In this document: positions 1-9,293 of the stretch, piece after piece
Numbering within the stretch: position 1 is the stretch's first letter
Layout: every line of letters starts with the position of its first letter
Assembly: GCA_035275665.1 (NCBI GenBank)
Contig: DATEMI010000230.1
Location: forward strand, 1 to 41,438
Reading direction: 5' to 3'
Source: Terriglobales bacterium
GTDB taxonomy: Bacteria; Acidobacteriota; Terriglobia; Terriglobales; Acidobacteriaceae
Length of the DNA stretch: 41,438 nucleotides
Notes under the pieces: generated by a model
Seen by the model: the letters and a program-made list of their open reading frames with translations, nothing else
Told to the model about the DNA's origin: nothing
Databases searched by the model: none
Position numbers and translations under genes: made by a program

Positions 1-603
1 GACGCCGCGTGATGGCCGAGTGGTCGGCAACTCGGACATTGACTGGGCCTGACCGCCGAATCAGAACCCTTTCACTCCCGAAAAGGATCCCGCTCCGGGA
101 ATCCTCAGATGTCGTCAATTTTGTAGCGGTCAGAGCCTCCAACATCCACTTAGCGCAACAAGCTCGAATGGCGGGCACCAAACGTTTCTATATAAACGAG
201 ATACATTCAACAGCTCTCAACAGATTGAAACAACAGGATTTACCTGTTTTGGGACAAACGGAGTGGCCAATTTAACCCCTTCCCATTCAGTGACATGCGA
301 AGTCCGCTACATACGCATCTGCTCTCGCCTGACGGGCCCTGTGAAAAGTCAGCATGCACTCCAAAGGAATTCCCTACGCGGATCCTCCGCTATACCTTTC
401 CAGAAGGAAATCTCTGAGTTTTCCTCCAAATCGCCTTGGTGCACGACTCTCCCGGCCGGCTCGTGGTTTGACACAGGGCCGCGCAATAGGCGTAGCTTTG
501 ATCCATGCATTTCGTTCATGAGTGTCCGGATCGCGGCGAATAGAGATTCGCAAACCCTGCGGAGCGCCAACAGATTCACAAGGCAGGCGGGTACGCTGGT
601 GCG

Positions 604-780
604 ATGCGCCGCCGCCGCGTCGATCCGCATTCATTCGACCTCTCCATACCTTGCCCGCTCTGTGGGTACAAGATTCAGCCCGCGGAAATCGTGCGGACGG
701 GATGGAGTACGATTCGATGCCCCGGCTGCGGGAAAAACTTCGATTCCATGGCGGGCGCGAAGCCGCCTTCGACATCGTGA
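604..780 (+). CDS. small zinc-ribbon protein (58 aa), absent from the supplied ORF track
   Basis: ATG 604 to TGA 778-780 reads MRRRRVDPHSFDLSIPCPLCGYKIQPAEIVRTGWSTIRCPGCGKNFDSMAGAKPPSTS. It has two CxxC pairs and GC-rich third codon positions. Confidence 0.35.
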   Translation: MRRRRVDPHSFDLSIPCPLCGYKIQPAEIVRTGWSTIRCPGCGKNFDSMAGAKPPSTS

Positions 781-1100
781 TAGGGCTGCCGCGGTTTCGG
801 CGCTAGCACCGATTCCAGCACCGAAATGTGCGGACCAGCCATTCCTCAGAACAGGAACGGAACAGCTACAGCGAATCCCGTCATTCTTTGTGCTTGCGCG
901 CGCAACGATCTGCGAAGCGAAACGCGCAACTCTTGTACCTGCGTGTCTGCCAGTTCCGTTTCGTATGTAGAGCGCGACTTGCATCCTGGGCTTCATACGC
1001 CTAAATCGCTCGTGAGCCATCTCGTGGCGAGTCGAAAATCAGCTCAGGTCCGGTCACATGGCGTCCAAATGTACTTGCAGGCTCTGAAATCCATGACCGC

Positions 1101-2708
1101 TCACTGCAGGGTTGGCGAGTCGATCCCAGCGGACCCGCCGGACAGCTGTTCTTTGCAGCTTTTGAGATCGGCTCCACGCGCATCACGCCACTCGCCCGCG
1201 CGGGGAAGAAATACACGAAAACAGGTCACCACGCGAGGCGAACCGTGGAGGCTTCGAAACGTAAGGCGTCCTTCATACTTCTGCACAATCCCTCGGCTAA
1301 CCCACAGGCCCAGCCCCGTTCCTGAGGCACCCTTGGTCGTGAAGAACGGCTCGAACAGCCGACGCGCATCCTCGCGACGGATGCCGGCCCCGGTATCTAC
1401 TACTACGACTGCCAAGCCTCTTCGTCGTGATATCCAATCGGTCGCATTTCGGATGCCCAGACGCAAAACACCTCCCTGCGGCATAGCGCCTATCGCGTTG
1501 TCTATGAGATTTAAGAGAACCTGGCGCAATTCACCGGGGAACACACTCACTGCACCTGTCGAAGAATATCTGCGCTCCACGATGATATTTCCGCTCACAA
1601 GCGAGCGTTGTTTCAGCTCGATAACCGTGTCCAGCAGTTCCGGAACGGAAACCTCGACCGGTTGCTTCGACTCGCGGAAGAATCCGAGAGTGCGAGTCGC
1701 GATGTGCGACGCTCGCTGTACTTCGTTCTCGGCGAGCGAAGCATAGGCCCTCGCCTCTGCGTCGAGCGAAGGATGATTGCGCAGCAGATACACCGTGTTC
1801 ATGATGGCCTCGAGGGGGTTGTTGACTTCGTGCGCGATCATTGTCGCGACCCGGCCCATCGTCACGAACTTGTCGGCTTGCCGCAAAGCTTCCTCAGCCT
1901 GATGGAGTGCGGTGATGTCTCTGTGCGTTGCCAATATTGTCTTGCGATCGGGGCCGATCACCTTTCGCACGGATACGACAAGCATCTGCCCCGTACGCGT
2001 CTGCTGCACGACATTTCCCTCCCATATCCGCGAGCTCTCAACAGTGTCCCTCACGATCTCTTCCGATACCGGGTACACGGACTGCAACAGACGATTCAGT
2101 TGCTGCCCCACAGCTTCATCGCGGCGCCAGCCGTACATTGCCTCTGCTGCCTTGTTCCAGTACCGGACAGTTCCCTCGAAGTCGTGCACGATGAAGCCGT
2201 CAAGGGCGAGTTCGAGCATCTCCGCCTGCTGACGATGGGCTGCTTCGCTGCGTCGCAATTCTTCAGTGCGTTTCGCAACCGCCTGCTCCAGTCCCTCATT
2301 CGCTTCTTCGAGCAGACGTGTTTTCCGGTAGAGCTCTATGAAAATGCCGACCTTGGCACGCAGGATTTCCGGCACCACCGGAACCGGAATGTAATCGACG
2401 GCGCCGTGGCGGAAGCTCTTGACCATATCGGCGTCGGTCAAATGGACGCCCGTCACGAAGATGATCGGTGTCCTGCGGAAACGTGGGTGCTGCCGGATCA
2501 GGTCGGCGAGTTCAAAGCCGTCCATCTCTGGCAACCCCACATCCATCAGGATCGCGGCCATATCGCGATTCAGCAGAGTGCCAAGCGCTTCCTTGGCTGA
2601 ACGTGCTTCGATCAGGTTCTCGCCTAGTTCGGTGAGGATCGCCCTGTAAGTCGCCAACTTTCCGGGCTGATCGTCAACCAGCAAAATATCGACTCGATCA
2701 GCTTTCAT
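1101..2708 (-). CDS. hybrid sensor histidine kinase (REC-PAS-HisKA-HATPase_c)
   Basis: 535-aa ORF. Receiver motifs: ILLVDDQP and ILMDVGLPEMDG. PAS motif: FIVHDFEGTVRYWNKAAEAMYGW. H-box: MIAHEVNNPL. ATPase N/G boxes: LLNLIDNA, DTGAGI, GTGLGL. Confidence 0.9.
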   Translation of the reverse strand: MKADRVDILLVDDQPGKLATYRAILTELGENLIEARSAKEALGTLLNRDMAAILMDVGLPEMDGFELADLIRQHPRFRRTPIIFVTGVHLTDADMVKSFRHGAVDYIPVPVVPEILRAKVGIFIELYRKTRLLEEANEGLEQAVAKRTEELRRSEAAHRQQAEMLELALDGFIVHDFEGTVRYWNKAAEAMYGWRRDEAVGQQLNRLLQSVYPVSEEIVRDTVESSRIWEGNVVQQTRTGQMLVVSVRKVIGPDRKTILATHRDITALHQAEEALRQADKFVTMGRVATMIAHEVNNPLEAIMNTVYLLRNHPSLDAEARAYASLAENEVQRASHIATRTLGFFRESKQPVEVSVPELLDTVIELKQRSLVSGNIIVERRYSSTGAVSVFPGELRQVLLNLIDNAIGAMPQGGVLRLGIRNATDWISRRRGLAVVVVDTGAGIRREDARRLFEPFFTTKGASGTGLGLWVSRGIVQKYEGRLTFRSLHGSPRVVTCFRVFLPRAGEWRDARGADLKSCKEQLSGGSAGIDSPTLQ

Positions 2709-2817
2709 CTCATGCTCGAATCACAATCAAACGCTGGCCCGTGGTGAGGGGACGGTAAGGTGCGCGGATCACTATCAGTGGAAGAGAATTGCCCCAGGCA
2801 GCACAAAACCGCGGGTT

Positions 2818-4146
2818 TTGCGTGACGTCGAGATTTTATCAAAGCAAGCTCGGTCGATCCGCAGTGGGAGCATCCAGGAAATGCGCCACACCTGGCGCAT
2901 TTTGGATCAGCATCTCCGCAACTGCCCGTCCTGCCAGGAAATCCATGCAGAGTACCAGGCTCTGGCTGACGCAGGAATTCCCGCCGCCGTCGCCGGAATG
3001 GAAGGCAATCGTGCAGCCCACTCCGTTGCAGGTCCTGAGCTGGATGAGAGCGAAGCCGCTCTGTTTGCCCGTCTCGATCAGAAGAGCCTTCAGATCAACT
3101 CGATAGTGCAGAGCCGGACCGCGCCTGAGGACATCGAAACGCCCTTTGCCGCACATAACGGCCTTGGGCGCGAGCACGGCGGAGAAATCGGCAGCGGCCT
3201 GTACCGCGCGATGTGGTGGCAGCTTGCTGCGGCCATTCTTCTCGTCTTCTCGATTGGATTCTCCCTCTATCGCACCGGTCTGCGCCGGGGCGCGGAGCAG
3301 GCCGCGACCGCGGCAGATAGGACCCATTCGGAGTCCGCCGTGGGTCACAGCGTGGAACGCACCTCCCAGGGCGCCGCGGCCATCGCAACCCTCCGAGAGG
3401 ACAAGGCCGCACTTGCCGGGTTGCGTGCGCAGCTCATCAGCAAAGCCGCCGAAGTCATCCGGCTCAAGGCGGAAAGGGCGGAGCTTGAGCGGAATCTGGC
3501 ATCGAGTAAAAGCTTCCAGGAACAACTGCAGCGCAATACTGATGCCCTGAACCAACAACTCGCCACCGACGAATCGGATCGTACAGCGCTTCGGCAACGC
3601 GTTGCCGCCGCCGGCCAGCTGCACTCCGAGGATACGGTTCGGGTGTCGGTGCTGCGCGAGCAGATCGATGATCTGAAGGCCACCATCAGCGACAAGGACG
3701 AGGCGATCGCACGCGAGCAGGAGCTTCTGGACCATGACCGGGACATTCGGGAGCTGATGGGCTCACGAGATTTGTATGTTGGAGAGGTCTACGACGTTGC
3801 CAGGAATGGCCAGGCAGAAAAACCCTTCGGCCGCGTCTTCTACACCAAAGGCAAGTCGCTGATTTTTTACGCCTACGATCTGGATCAGCAGCCGGGCATC
3901 CGGGACTCGAGCACGTTTCAGGCCTGGGGCAGCCGTGGCTCCGATCGGTCCGGTGCGGTAAGCCTCGGCATTTTCTACGAAGACAAAACTGCCAGCAAAT
4001 GCTGGATCCTCAAAGCCGAGGACGCCAAAGCGCTGAATGGTATCGACGCTGTCTTTGTGACGGCCGAGCCGCACGGGGGCAGCAGCCATCCTAGCGGCAA
4101 GGCGTTGCTCTACGCTTATCTTCAGGTCGCGCCCAACCACCCGTAA
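2818..4146 (+). CDS. membrane anti-sigma factor (zf-HC2 N-terminus, coiled coil, RskA-type C-terminal domain)
   Basis: HLRNCPSC fits H-x3-C-x2-C. One TM segment (WWQLAAAILLVFSIGFSLY) is followed by a long heptad-like region. The C-terminus (FQAWGS...AVFVTAEPHGGSSHPSG) is typical of the RskA domain. Start is ambiguous: TTG 2818 or ATG 2881. Confidence 0.8.
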   Translation: MRDVEILSKQARSIRSGSIQEMRHTWRILDQHLRNCPSCQEIHAEYQALADAGIPAAVAGMEGNRAAHSVAGPELDESEAALFARLDQKSLQINSIVQSRTAPEDIETPFAAHNGLGREHGGEIGSGLYRAMWWQLAAAILLVFSIGFSLYRTGLRRGAEQAATAADRTHSESAVGHSVERTSQGAAAIATLREDKAALAGLRAQLISKAAEVIRLKAERAELERNLASSKSFQEQLQRNTDALNQQLATDESDRTALRQRVAAAGQLHSEDTVRVSVLREQIDDLKATISDKDEAIAREQELLDHDRDIRELMGSRDLYVGEVYDVARNGQAEKPFGRVFYTKGKSLIFYAYDLDQQPGIRDSSTFQAWGSRGSDRSGAVSLGIFYEDKTASKCWILKAEDAKALNGIDAVFVTAEPHGGSSHPSGKALLYAYLQVAPNHP

Positions 4147-4343
4147 TTCCCTGCACCGCAACCCGGACTCTGCATCCAGCCTAGGCGGTGGCCGGCCTAC
4201 GGACCCGCTGCAAGCCCGGCAGAAGGAATCGGGCCGGCCGGCCCGGAAAATTCGCAACGCCCCCACTCGAGCCCCACAGCGCATATAACCCGGCGTGTCC
4301 GCGCCAGCCGGGAGATTGCATGTTTGCTCACGCATGTGAACTC

Positions 4344-4403
4344 GCGCCGTACAGGAAGTTCAGTTCGATCCACCGTGCTACTTGTACGTTCGGACTGAGC
4401 GAT
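4344..4403 (+). repeat. 60-nt conserved hairpin element, copy 1 (candidate small structured RNA)
   Basis: Shares both flanks with 6281-6341. A 10-bp stem pairs 4358-4367 with 4391-4400 around a 23-nt loop. It lies in an ORF-poor gap. Confidence 0.5.
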
Positions 4404-4430
4404 GACCGAATTCCACGATGTATTCGCGAA

Positions 4431-4601
4431 TCAAGCGGCCTCGGAGTGCGCCTGGCGTTCCTGCTCCCGCAAATCCGCCAGGACAATGAGAAGCCAGCGG
4501 CGAAGTTCCATAGCGTCGGGTTTTGAGGCGAATTGCGGACTGTCTTCGAGCCGTTTCAGCGCGTGCTGCAAAACCTGCCGCAGTGAAGGATTGGAACGCA
4601 T
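4431..4601 (-). CDS. hypothetical small helical protein (56 aa), absent from the ORF track
   Basis: ATG 4601 to TGA 4431-4433 reads MRSNPSLRQVLQHALKRLEDSPQFASKPDAMELRRWLLIVLADLREQERQAHSEAA. The start lies 6 nt after the stop of the upstream small ORF. Confidence 0.3.
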   Translation of the reverse strand: MRSNPSLRQVLQHALKRLEDSPQFASKPDAMELRRWLLIVLADLREQERQAHSEAA

Positions 4602-4607
4602 GACGGA

Positions 4608-4808
4608 TTATCCGAACATACGATGCGGGGAAAGAGGAGCGAGTGGCCAAACAGCGGGCCGGGTTTCTTTTGAGTCTGCGGATGAGGGCTCAAACGACGC
4701 CGTCGAATCTCGGAAAAAAGGGCGGTCCCCGAGACCCCTATCCTGGAACAGCCCGATGAGCGTATTTCGTTGTTCCTTCTCAACCATGGGATGCGGCGTC
4801 GAGTCCAA
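4608..4808 (-). CDS. hypothetical small ORF
   Basis: 66-aa ORF with an internal ATG at 4787 (MVEKEQRNTLIGLFQDRGLGDRPFF...). The C-terminal half is low complexity. It sits between the pseudo-receiver and the 56-aa ORF on the same strand. Confidence 0.2.
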   Translation of the reverse strand: MDSTPHPMVEKEQRNTLIGLFQDRGLGDRPFFRDSTASFEPSSADSKETRPAVWPLAPLSPHRMFG

Positions 4809-4834
4809 TCAGTCGGACGCCGCGCCATCATGTT

Positions 4835-5194
4835 TCACTTCCTGTTCGTCAACTGCTGAACAGTCCGCACAAACACTGCCGTGTCACTTGGATCAATCGA
4901 ATGGTCCGCTTCCGGGATAAGCGGCTCGTTCAGCCGGATGAGTGCAAGAACTGGGCAGTTGCGCGTTCGACGGCATCCCTTGATGATCGCGACCTTATCC
5001 TTATGCGGGATCGAATGCCCCAGAATAATAAGGTCGAAAGCTTCCGGGTCTTTGGCGCACAGTTCTACAGCTTGCACGAAGCCCTCTGCCGAAGTGACGG
5101 TGTGACCCATCTGCCGAAGCAGGAACTCGCGGGATCGCAAGAGCGACTCGTCGTAAGAGATGGAGAAAATTCTGGCCATTGCGTTCTTCGCCAT
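4835..5194 (-). CDS. single-domain receiver-like protein lacking the phospho-acceptor Asp (pseudo-receiver)
   Basis: MAKNAMARIFSISYDESLL...DLIILGHSIPHKD...PVLALIRL has a CheY-like layout. The position of the phosphorylated Asp reads G (LIILGHSIP). Confidence 0.65.
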   Translation of the reverse strand: MAKNAMARIFSISYDESLLRSREFLLRQMGHTVTSAEGFVQAVELCAKDPEAFDLIILGHSIPHKDKVAIIKGCRRTRNCPVLALIRLNEPLIPEADHSIDPSDTAVFVRTVQQLTNRK

Positions 5195-5386
5195 TACCGA
5201 CACATAAGAATATGACCATATCCGCATGTTCGACCCGCGACAAGTATGTAGCAGCTTTCGGCTTGAAAGTTGCCCAAACCTTCGACGCGGCGTCAGGTAA
5301 TTATTGGAGTCCAGCGGAGCAGGACTTCAGCGCGGCGTCCTCGTACAGACATGCGGCGTGCCGCTCATGCAAGTTGCGGTATGACG

Positions 5387-5740
5387 TTACGCGGCTTCGC
5401 TGCTGGGCGGCGGTTTCTTGTGCTGCTTGGCTTCAGCTTTCGTGGATGGGTGAGGAACTTCTGCCGAACAGATATGACTGTCGTGCCATCTCTCCAGTGA
5501 ACCATCCAGAGCCGTCACGATCCGTGTCTCACCACAATTTCGGCAGGCAGATTGGATTTTCGTGCGTAGCCCATCCTGCACAAGTGACTCGGTAAACCTT
5601 GCACAATATCGCATCGGACCCATGCTCATAATGCCAGAAATTGGATCGACGAGTCGGTGCGATTTTAACCAATGACCGGCTTCAACTCTGCGGAAAACCG
5701 GGCACAAATGACCATTGCGTTCGGGCGCATAAGGCGTCAA
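5387..5740 (-). CDS. hypothetical Cys-containing small protein
   Basis: ORF with likely internal start MSMGPMRYCARF... (about 5629). Contains CRNCGETRIV...HDSHIC and a Lys/Pro-rich tail. No family recognised. Confidence 0.3.
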   Translation of the reverse strand: MTPYAPERNGHLCPVFRRVEAGHWLKSHRLVDPISGIMSMGPMRYCARFTESLVQDGLRTKIQSACRNCGETRIVTALDGSLERWHDSHICSAEVPHPSTKAEAKQHKKPPPSSEAA

Positions 5741-5750
5741 ATCTATAAAT

Positions 5751-5963
5751 ATGGGCCATCACGATGAAATCGTGCAGCTATACGAGGAACTCCGGCGACT
5801 CCAGTCGAAAGCATCGCGGAACTTCCGCCAGCGCGAAGTCACTCCTCGTGCGCTCAGGCGATCGATGGCTGAACGGCAAGAGTTGAGGGTGCGGACAGCA
5901 AAGATATTAGGAGAACTCAGGCGCAAAAATGGCCCACCGCCCGCGCGAACGGCAGGCCCCTGA
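5751..5963 (+). CDS. hypothetical small charged/helical protein
   Basis: 70-aa ORF MGHHDEIVQLYEELRRLQSKAS..., divergent from 5387-5740. Confidence 0.3.
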   Translation: MGHHDEIVQLYEELRRLQSKASRNFRQREVTPRALRRSMAERQELRVRTAKILGELRRKNGPPPARTAGP

Positions 5964-6280
5964 GAACCTTTGCATCGCATTGTATACGAGGAGGCAAGTT
6001 AAGCTGTATCTCGTTGTGTCGCCATCCTCGCATCGTCATCCGGATAGCCAACGTACCACGAGCCAGCGCGGCTTCTTTGCCGAACGGGAACTGGACATCA
6101 CGCCGGGATACGCAGACGAACTCCTGAAGCAGTGACCAAAATCCACGAATGCCAGTGTCGCCAGGAAAATGGGAGGCCGGTCACCAGACCGGCCCCTGCT
6201 TTGGAATTGCAATTGAAAGGAGGCCGGAAACTTGGATGCTCACACGAAAATTCGGTCACGCCGCCTGCGATTCGGCCTCA

Positions 6281-6341
6281 GCGCCGTAAAGGAAGCTCAG
6301 TTCCCACGCGCCATGGTACTTGTTCGTTCGGACTGAGCGAT
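6281..6341 (+). repeat. 60-nt conserved hairpin element, copy 2
   Basis: gcgccgtaAaggaagCtcagttc...tacttgtTcgttcggactgagcgat matches copy 1. A 9-bp stem pairs 6295-6303 with 6330-6338 around a 24-26-nt loop. Confidence 0.5.
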
Positions 6342-6716
6342 TAGCAACTCCAGGACGTAAGGGCCATCAGGAAGCTCCGGCGGCTCGTCCGCAATCCGAC
6401 ATCGCGTGAACAGTCGGCCCGACGGAGACTCCTCCTGCCAAGTCTCCAGCACGCAATGGGCGACCTTACTCCTGCCACGCAGTACAGCGGAAACCGCACG
6501 ACCGACCACTCTCCAACTAAGTCCAGCACAACAACCCCTCCCCACCTTCCGATGCACCAGCAACCGTGAAAAGTTGGTCAGTACCGGAAAAATGGAAAAG
6601 AGCCCAGGTGTGTATCGGAACGGTTCGCGGCTGCTGCCACAGGCGGGGATAACGCGCCCAAGGTGCTGCCCCTGCCCATTCCGGTCTTATCGGCTGAGTG
6701 AATTTATCATGGAGCC

Positions 6717-7043
6717 ATGACGTTCATCCAGACCCTGTACAAGACTGAAAACCCCAAGAAGCCTCTGTCCGAATACTACGAACTGGTGCTCGACTCCGCA
6801 CCTGCCGAAAAGGGGGAGGGGCTGTTCACGTTCATGGTGCTGCACGGCTGGTGGGACGAAGCTGCGAAGCAGCCGAGGGAGAATCGGAATTTGCTGACGC
6901 CCGAGGAAGGTCTGTCCGAGAAGGAGGCTCGTGGCATGTTCGAGCAGCAGCGCAAATATCTGGCGAGTATCGGCTTCGTTCACTGCTTCATGCCGGACTA
7001 TTACAGAGAAAAGGAGTGCCAATATACGCGGCTGGATAGGTGA
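6717..7043 (+). CDS. hypothetical protein
   Basis: 108-aa ORF with protein-like composition (MTFIQTLYKTENPKKPLSEYYELVLD...). No recognised domain. Confidence 0.5.
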   Translation: MTFIQTLYKTENPKKPLSEYYELVLDSAPAEKGEGLFTFMVLHGWWDEAAKQPRENRNLLTPEEGLSEKEARGMFEQQRKYLASIGFVHCFMPDYYREKECQYTRLDR

Positions 7044-7690
7044 GGCCACAACGGGATCACAGGTTAGATCACTGAAAGAATGCACGTCACGACAATCGCG
7101 TACATTTCCGCTTTCATCCGCCGGGTCGCCTGCGCTCCGATGACCCGTGGTCTTGCTCCCTCGGGCGCAATATGCAGTCGCTCGATGAGGTCTACGAGCG
7201 GGATGGCTTGTGATCTTCACATTTCCGGAACATGGACATGTGATGCGCTGATCCAGGCGCATCTGTACCGGCCGTACAGGACTACAACCACCTACCTGAC
7301 CGTTAATCTTCGCGCCGGAGACCCATCGCACCATGCACTGCGTTTGGTGAGTCGGGTTGGCGGCGCGGCTTATGGAGTCACCACGTCACGGCCTCAGCAG
7401 CCAATCTTCCATAGATAGCGAGCGGCAGGCCAAGCGCGGCCACCTGGAGGACGCGCGGCGAAAATGACATGGACGATGCTGGCGAGCTGTCACATAATCC
7501 TCTGCAGTCCCCAGCCGATATTCATGCCCCACTCGCAACCTGCTCCGAGCCCAACGAAGATTCGAAAAGTAGGTCTGCCGTGTGACTCAACGAGTCGCTA
7601 TCCGCCCCTCAGAAGCCGAGCGAGCGTCGCCTTTCGACCGGCGCCGCTGCAACACACTATCGGTAATCCACTCGCGATACACTCCGCACG

Positions 7691-7908
7691 ATGGCTCTAC
7701 ATGATTTGGTTCGCTTCGTTGCCCGCCTCCGCGCTCAGAAGTCCGAGTACGCCAGCCTGTCTCAAACGGCAAAGCGAAACCGTTGGACGCAGGACGAGGT
7801 GTTGGGATTCGTGCGCTGCCAAAGGGAGCCATCCAAGAAGATGCTCCGGGAATTGGCATTGAATTGGGGGCTACTCCGGAAGAGTTGCAGGAGATTTTGG
7901 AGCGGTAA
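7691..7908 (+). pseudogene. small XRE-like HTH protein, frameshifted in a G-run
   Basis: MALHDLVRFVARLRAQKSEYASLSQTAKRNRWTQDEVLGFVRCQREPSKKMLRELALNWG continues as ATPEELQEILER-stop in the +1 frame. The shift is at the ggggg run at 7866-7870. Confidence 0.3.
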
Positions 7909-8100
7909 AGGGGCGTATTGTCCCGGAGGAGTTCGAGCAGGCCGCTTGGGTGAAACGGCTTTGCCAATACGTCGAAGTGTTTCCCGTCAGCCCGTGCAGC
8001 TTCGAGTAGTTCCGTGTTCATTATGCTTCCCCGAGATGAGGATCACCCGTCAGTCAGGGCATAGCGCACGGATCTGGAAAACCGCCTCAATCCCGCTCAT
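7901..8100 (-). pseudogene. response-regulator receiver remnant split over three frames
   Basis: Minus-strand pieces are MSGIEAVFQIRALCPD-stop, RVILISGKHNEH and ELLEAARADGKHFDVLAKPFHPSGLLELL. Together they give the alpha3-to-alpha5 part of a REC domain. The segment with the acceptor Asp is missing. Confidence 0.45.
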
Positions 8101-8822
8101 ACGCTATTAGCTACCTATTCGATTCTTAGCGCCTCGACTAGCTCAATGCATGCAGCGCGGCGTGAAGGCAGAAGGCAGGCTACACCTGCGATCGCTAGTA
8201 TGGCTACGGGCTACGGCTCGAGTAGGTAACAAGATCGAAAACACTCACATTGAAAAGGTTGGCCGTATGACATCGCGTGCGTCTTGTGCGCACGACAGAT
8301 GGTCTGCAGCGACCCAGTTTCCTGTGGGTGTTCGGCTACGCTGCCAGTCGACTGTGAACGACTGGTTCCCGGTAATGGAATACACAAACCGATTGGCAGC
8401 CTAGGGAAGTTCTGAACCGCGAAAAATCGGTGAGGTCATGATGAGAACCTCTTTTTGCCATCCCGTCTCGCTCGAATAAAGCCCAGCTCCGAAGCTGTTT
8501 GCGTCGATTTCACCAACTGCATTTGTTGCGGGTCGTAGCCGATAAGTTATTGTGCTACGTATCCTGATGTTGGTTCCGTATCCCGTTCGGTCAGCTCCAG
8601 CCATTTCCCATCGAGAATCACAGCGCCGGAATAAACGGACCTATGAACCTTCCTGTTGCGCAAAGTTCCTTGGCACCTCCAGGTTCCGGTGAATTGAAAG
8701 CCGTTTGCCGGAAGGGGGGCGAGTGCCTCGGAATCTTATCCGGATGTGGTATCACACACAATGCAGCGCAAGAACCATGAGAGAGCGATACATGATGCAG
8801 GTCATTGAATCTCTCCGGGGTG

Positions 8823-9293
8823 TTACTTAAGGACTCGTTCAGCGCGTGCGGAGTAAGCCGCTTGTGCGGCCGCGGCATGCTTCCCCTGGCACAACATACC
8901 GACAGCTAAAGACACTCAACAGGCAAGCATTGATATGTGGAAACCGACCTGAATAAAGAGCAGCCCATGCATGTTGAGGCCATTGTGCATGTGCAGATTG
9001 TCGTGCATCTACCACTTCCCAATGAACCAGCAAAGTGTGACGAATAACAATTTGTTGAGCCACAGTGGCCCAAGATCGAGGTCGCGGATCACGGGCCATC
9101 CAAATGCAGCGAACGCTACGGCAAAACCAAAGGCGAGCGCCTCAATGGCGGAGAGCGCAATATAGCCCGGCAAAAGATTCGCCGGCGGCATTGGCACGTC
9201 GGGACCCATTGGCCAAATCCGCGGTCCAATGAAAAAGGCCAGAAGACCTATCCCAACGGTTAAGAACAGCAAGCGCGTTACTCTGCCAGTCAT
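8823..9293 (-). pseudogene. polytopic membrane protein interrupted by in-frame TAG and TGA
   Basis: MTGRVTRLLFLTVGIGLLAFF...LCWFIGKW-TAG-MHDNLHMHNGLNMHGLLFIQVGFHISMLAC-TGA-VSLAVGMLCQG... all lie in one frame, and hydrophobic segments continue past both stops. Confidence 0.4.

Noticed and set aside
1-145. Partial minus-strand ORF running off the left edge (MLEALTATKLTTSEDSRSGILFGSERVLIRRSGPVNVRVADHSAITRR...).
   Set aside because: Only 48 codons are visible, with no recognisable motif, so there is not enough evidence to call a gene.
2804-2820. CAAAACC-gcg-GGTTTTG hairpin as a terminator or riboswitch element.
   Set aside because: The stem is short, no U-tract follows, and it lies in a divergent promoter region. 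It is noted only because it overlaps the candidate TTG start of the anti-sigma gene.
826-3735. Long ORFs antisense to real genes (826-1746, 1608-2600 and 2839-3735; likewise 6687-7334, 20749-21504, 23026-23760, 23805-24407, 27901-28716 and 38555-39001).
   Set aside because: Each overlaps a domain-bearing ORF on the other strand and has an Arg/Ser/Pro/Cys-rich composition typical of shadow frames in GC-rich DNA.
4231-4244. GGGCCGGCCGGCCC palindrome downstream of the anti-sigma gene as a terminator.
   Set aside because: It is a GC-only self-complementary 14-mer with no usable loop or U-tract. Such palindromes are expected by chance in GC-rich intergenic DNA.
4362-4403. Conserved plus-strand peptide C(T/S)FGLSD at both hairpin copies as the C-terminus of a small protein family.
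   Set aside because: A 1-nt length difference in the centre puts the conserved left flank in different frames in the two copies. The ORFs carrying the peptide otherwise share no similarity.
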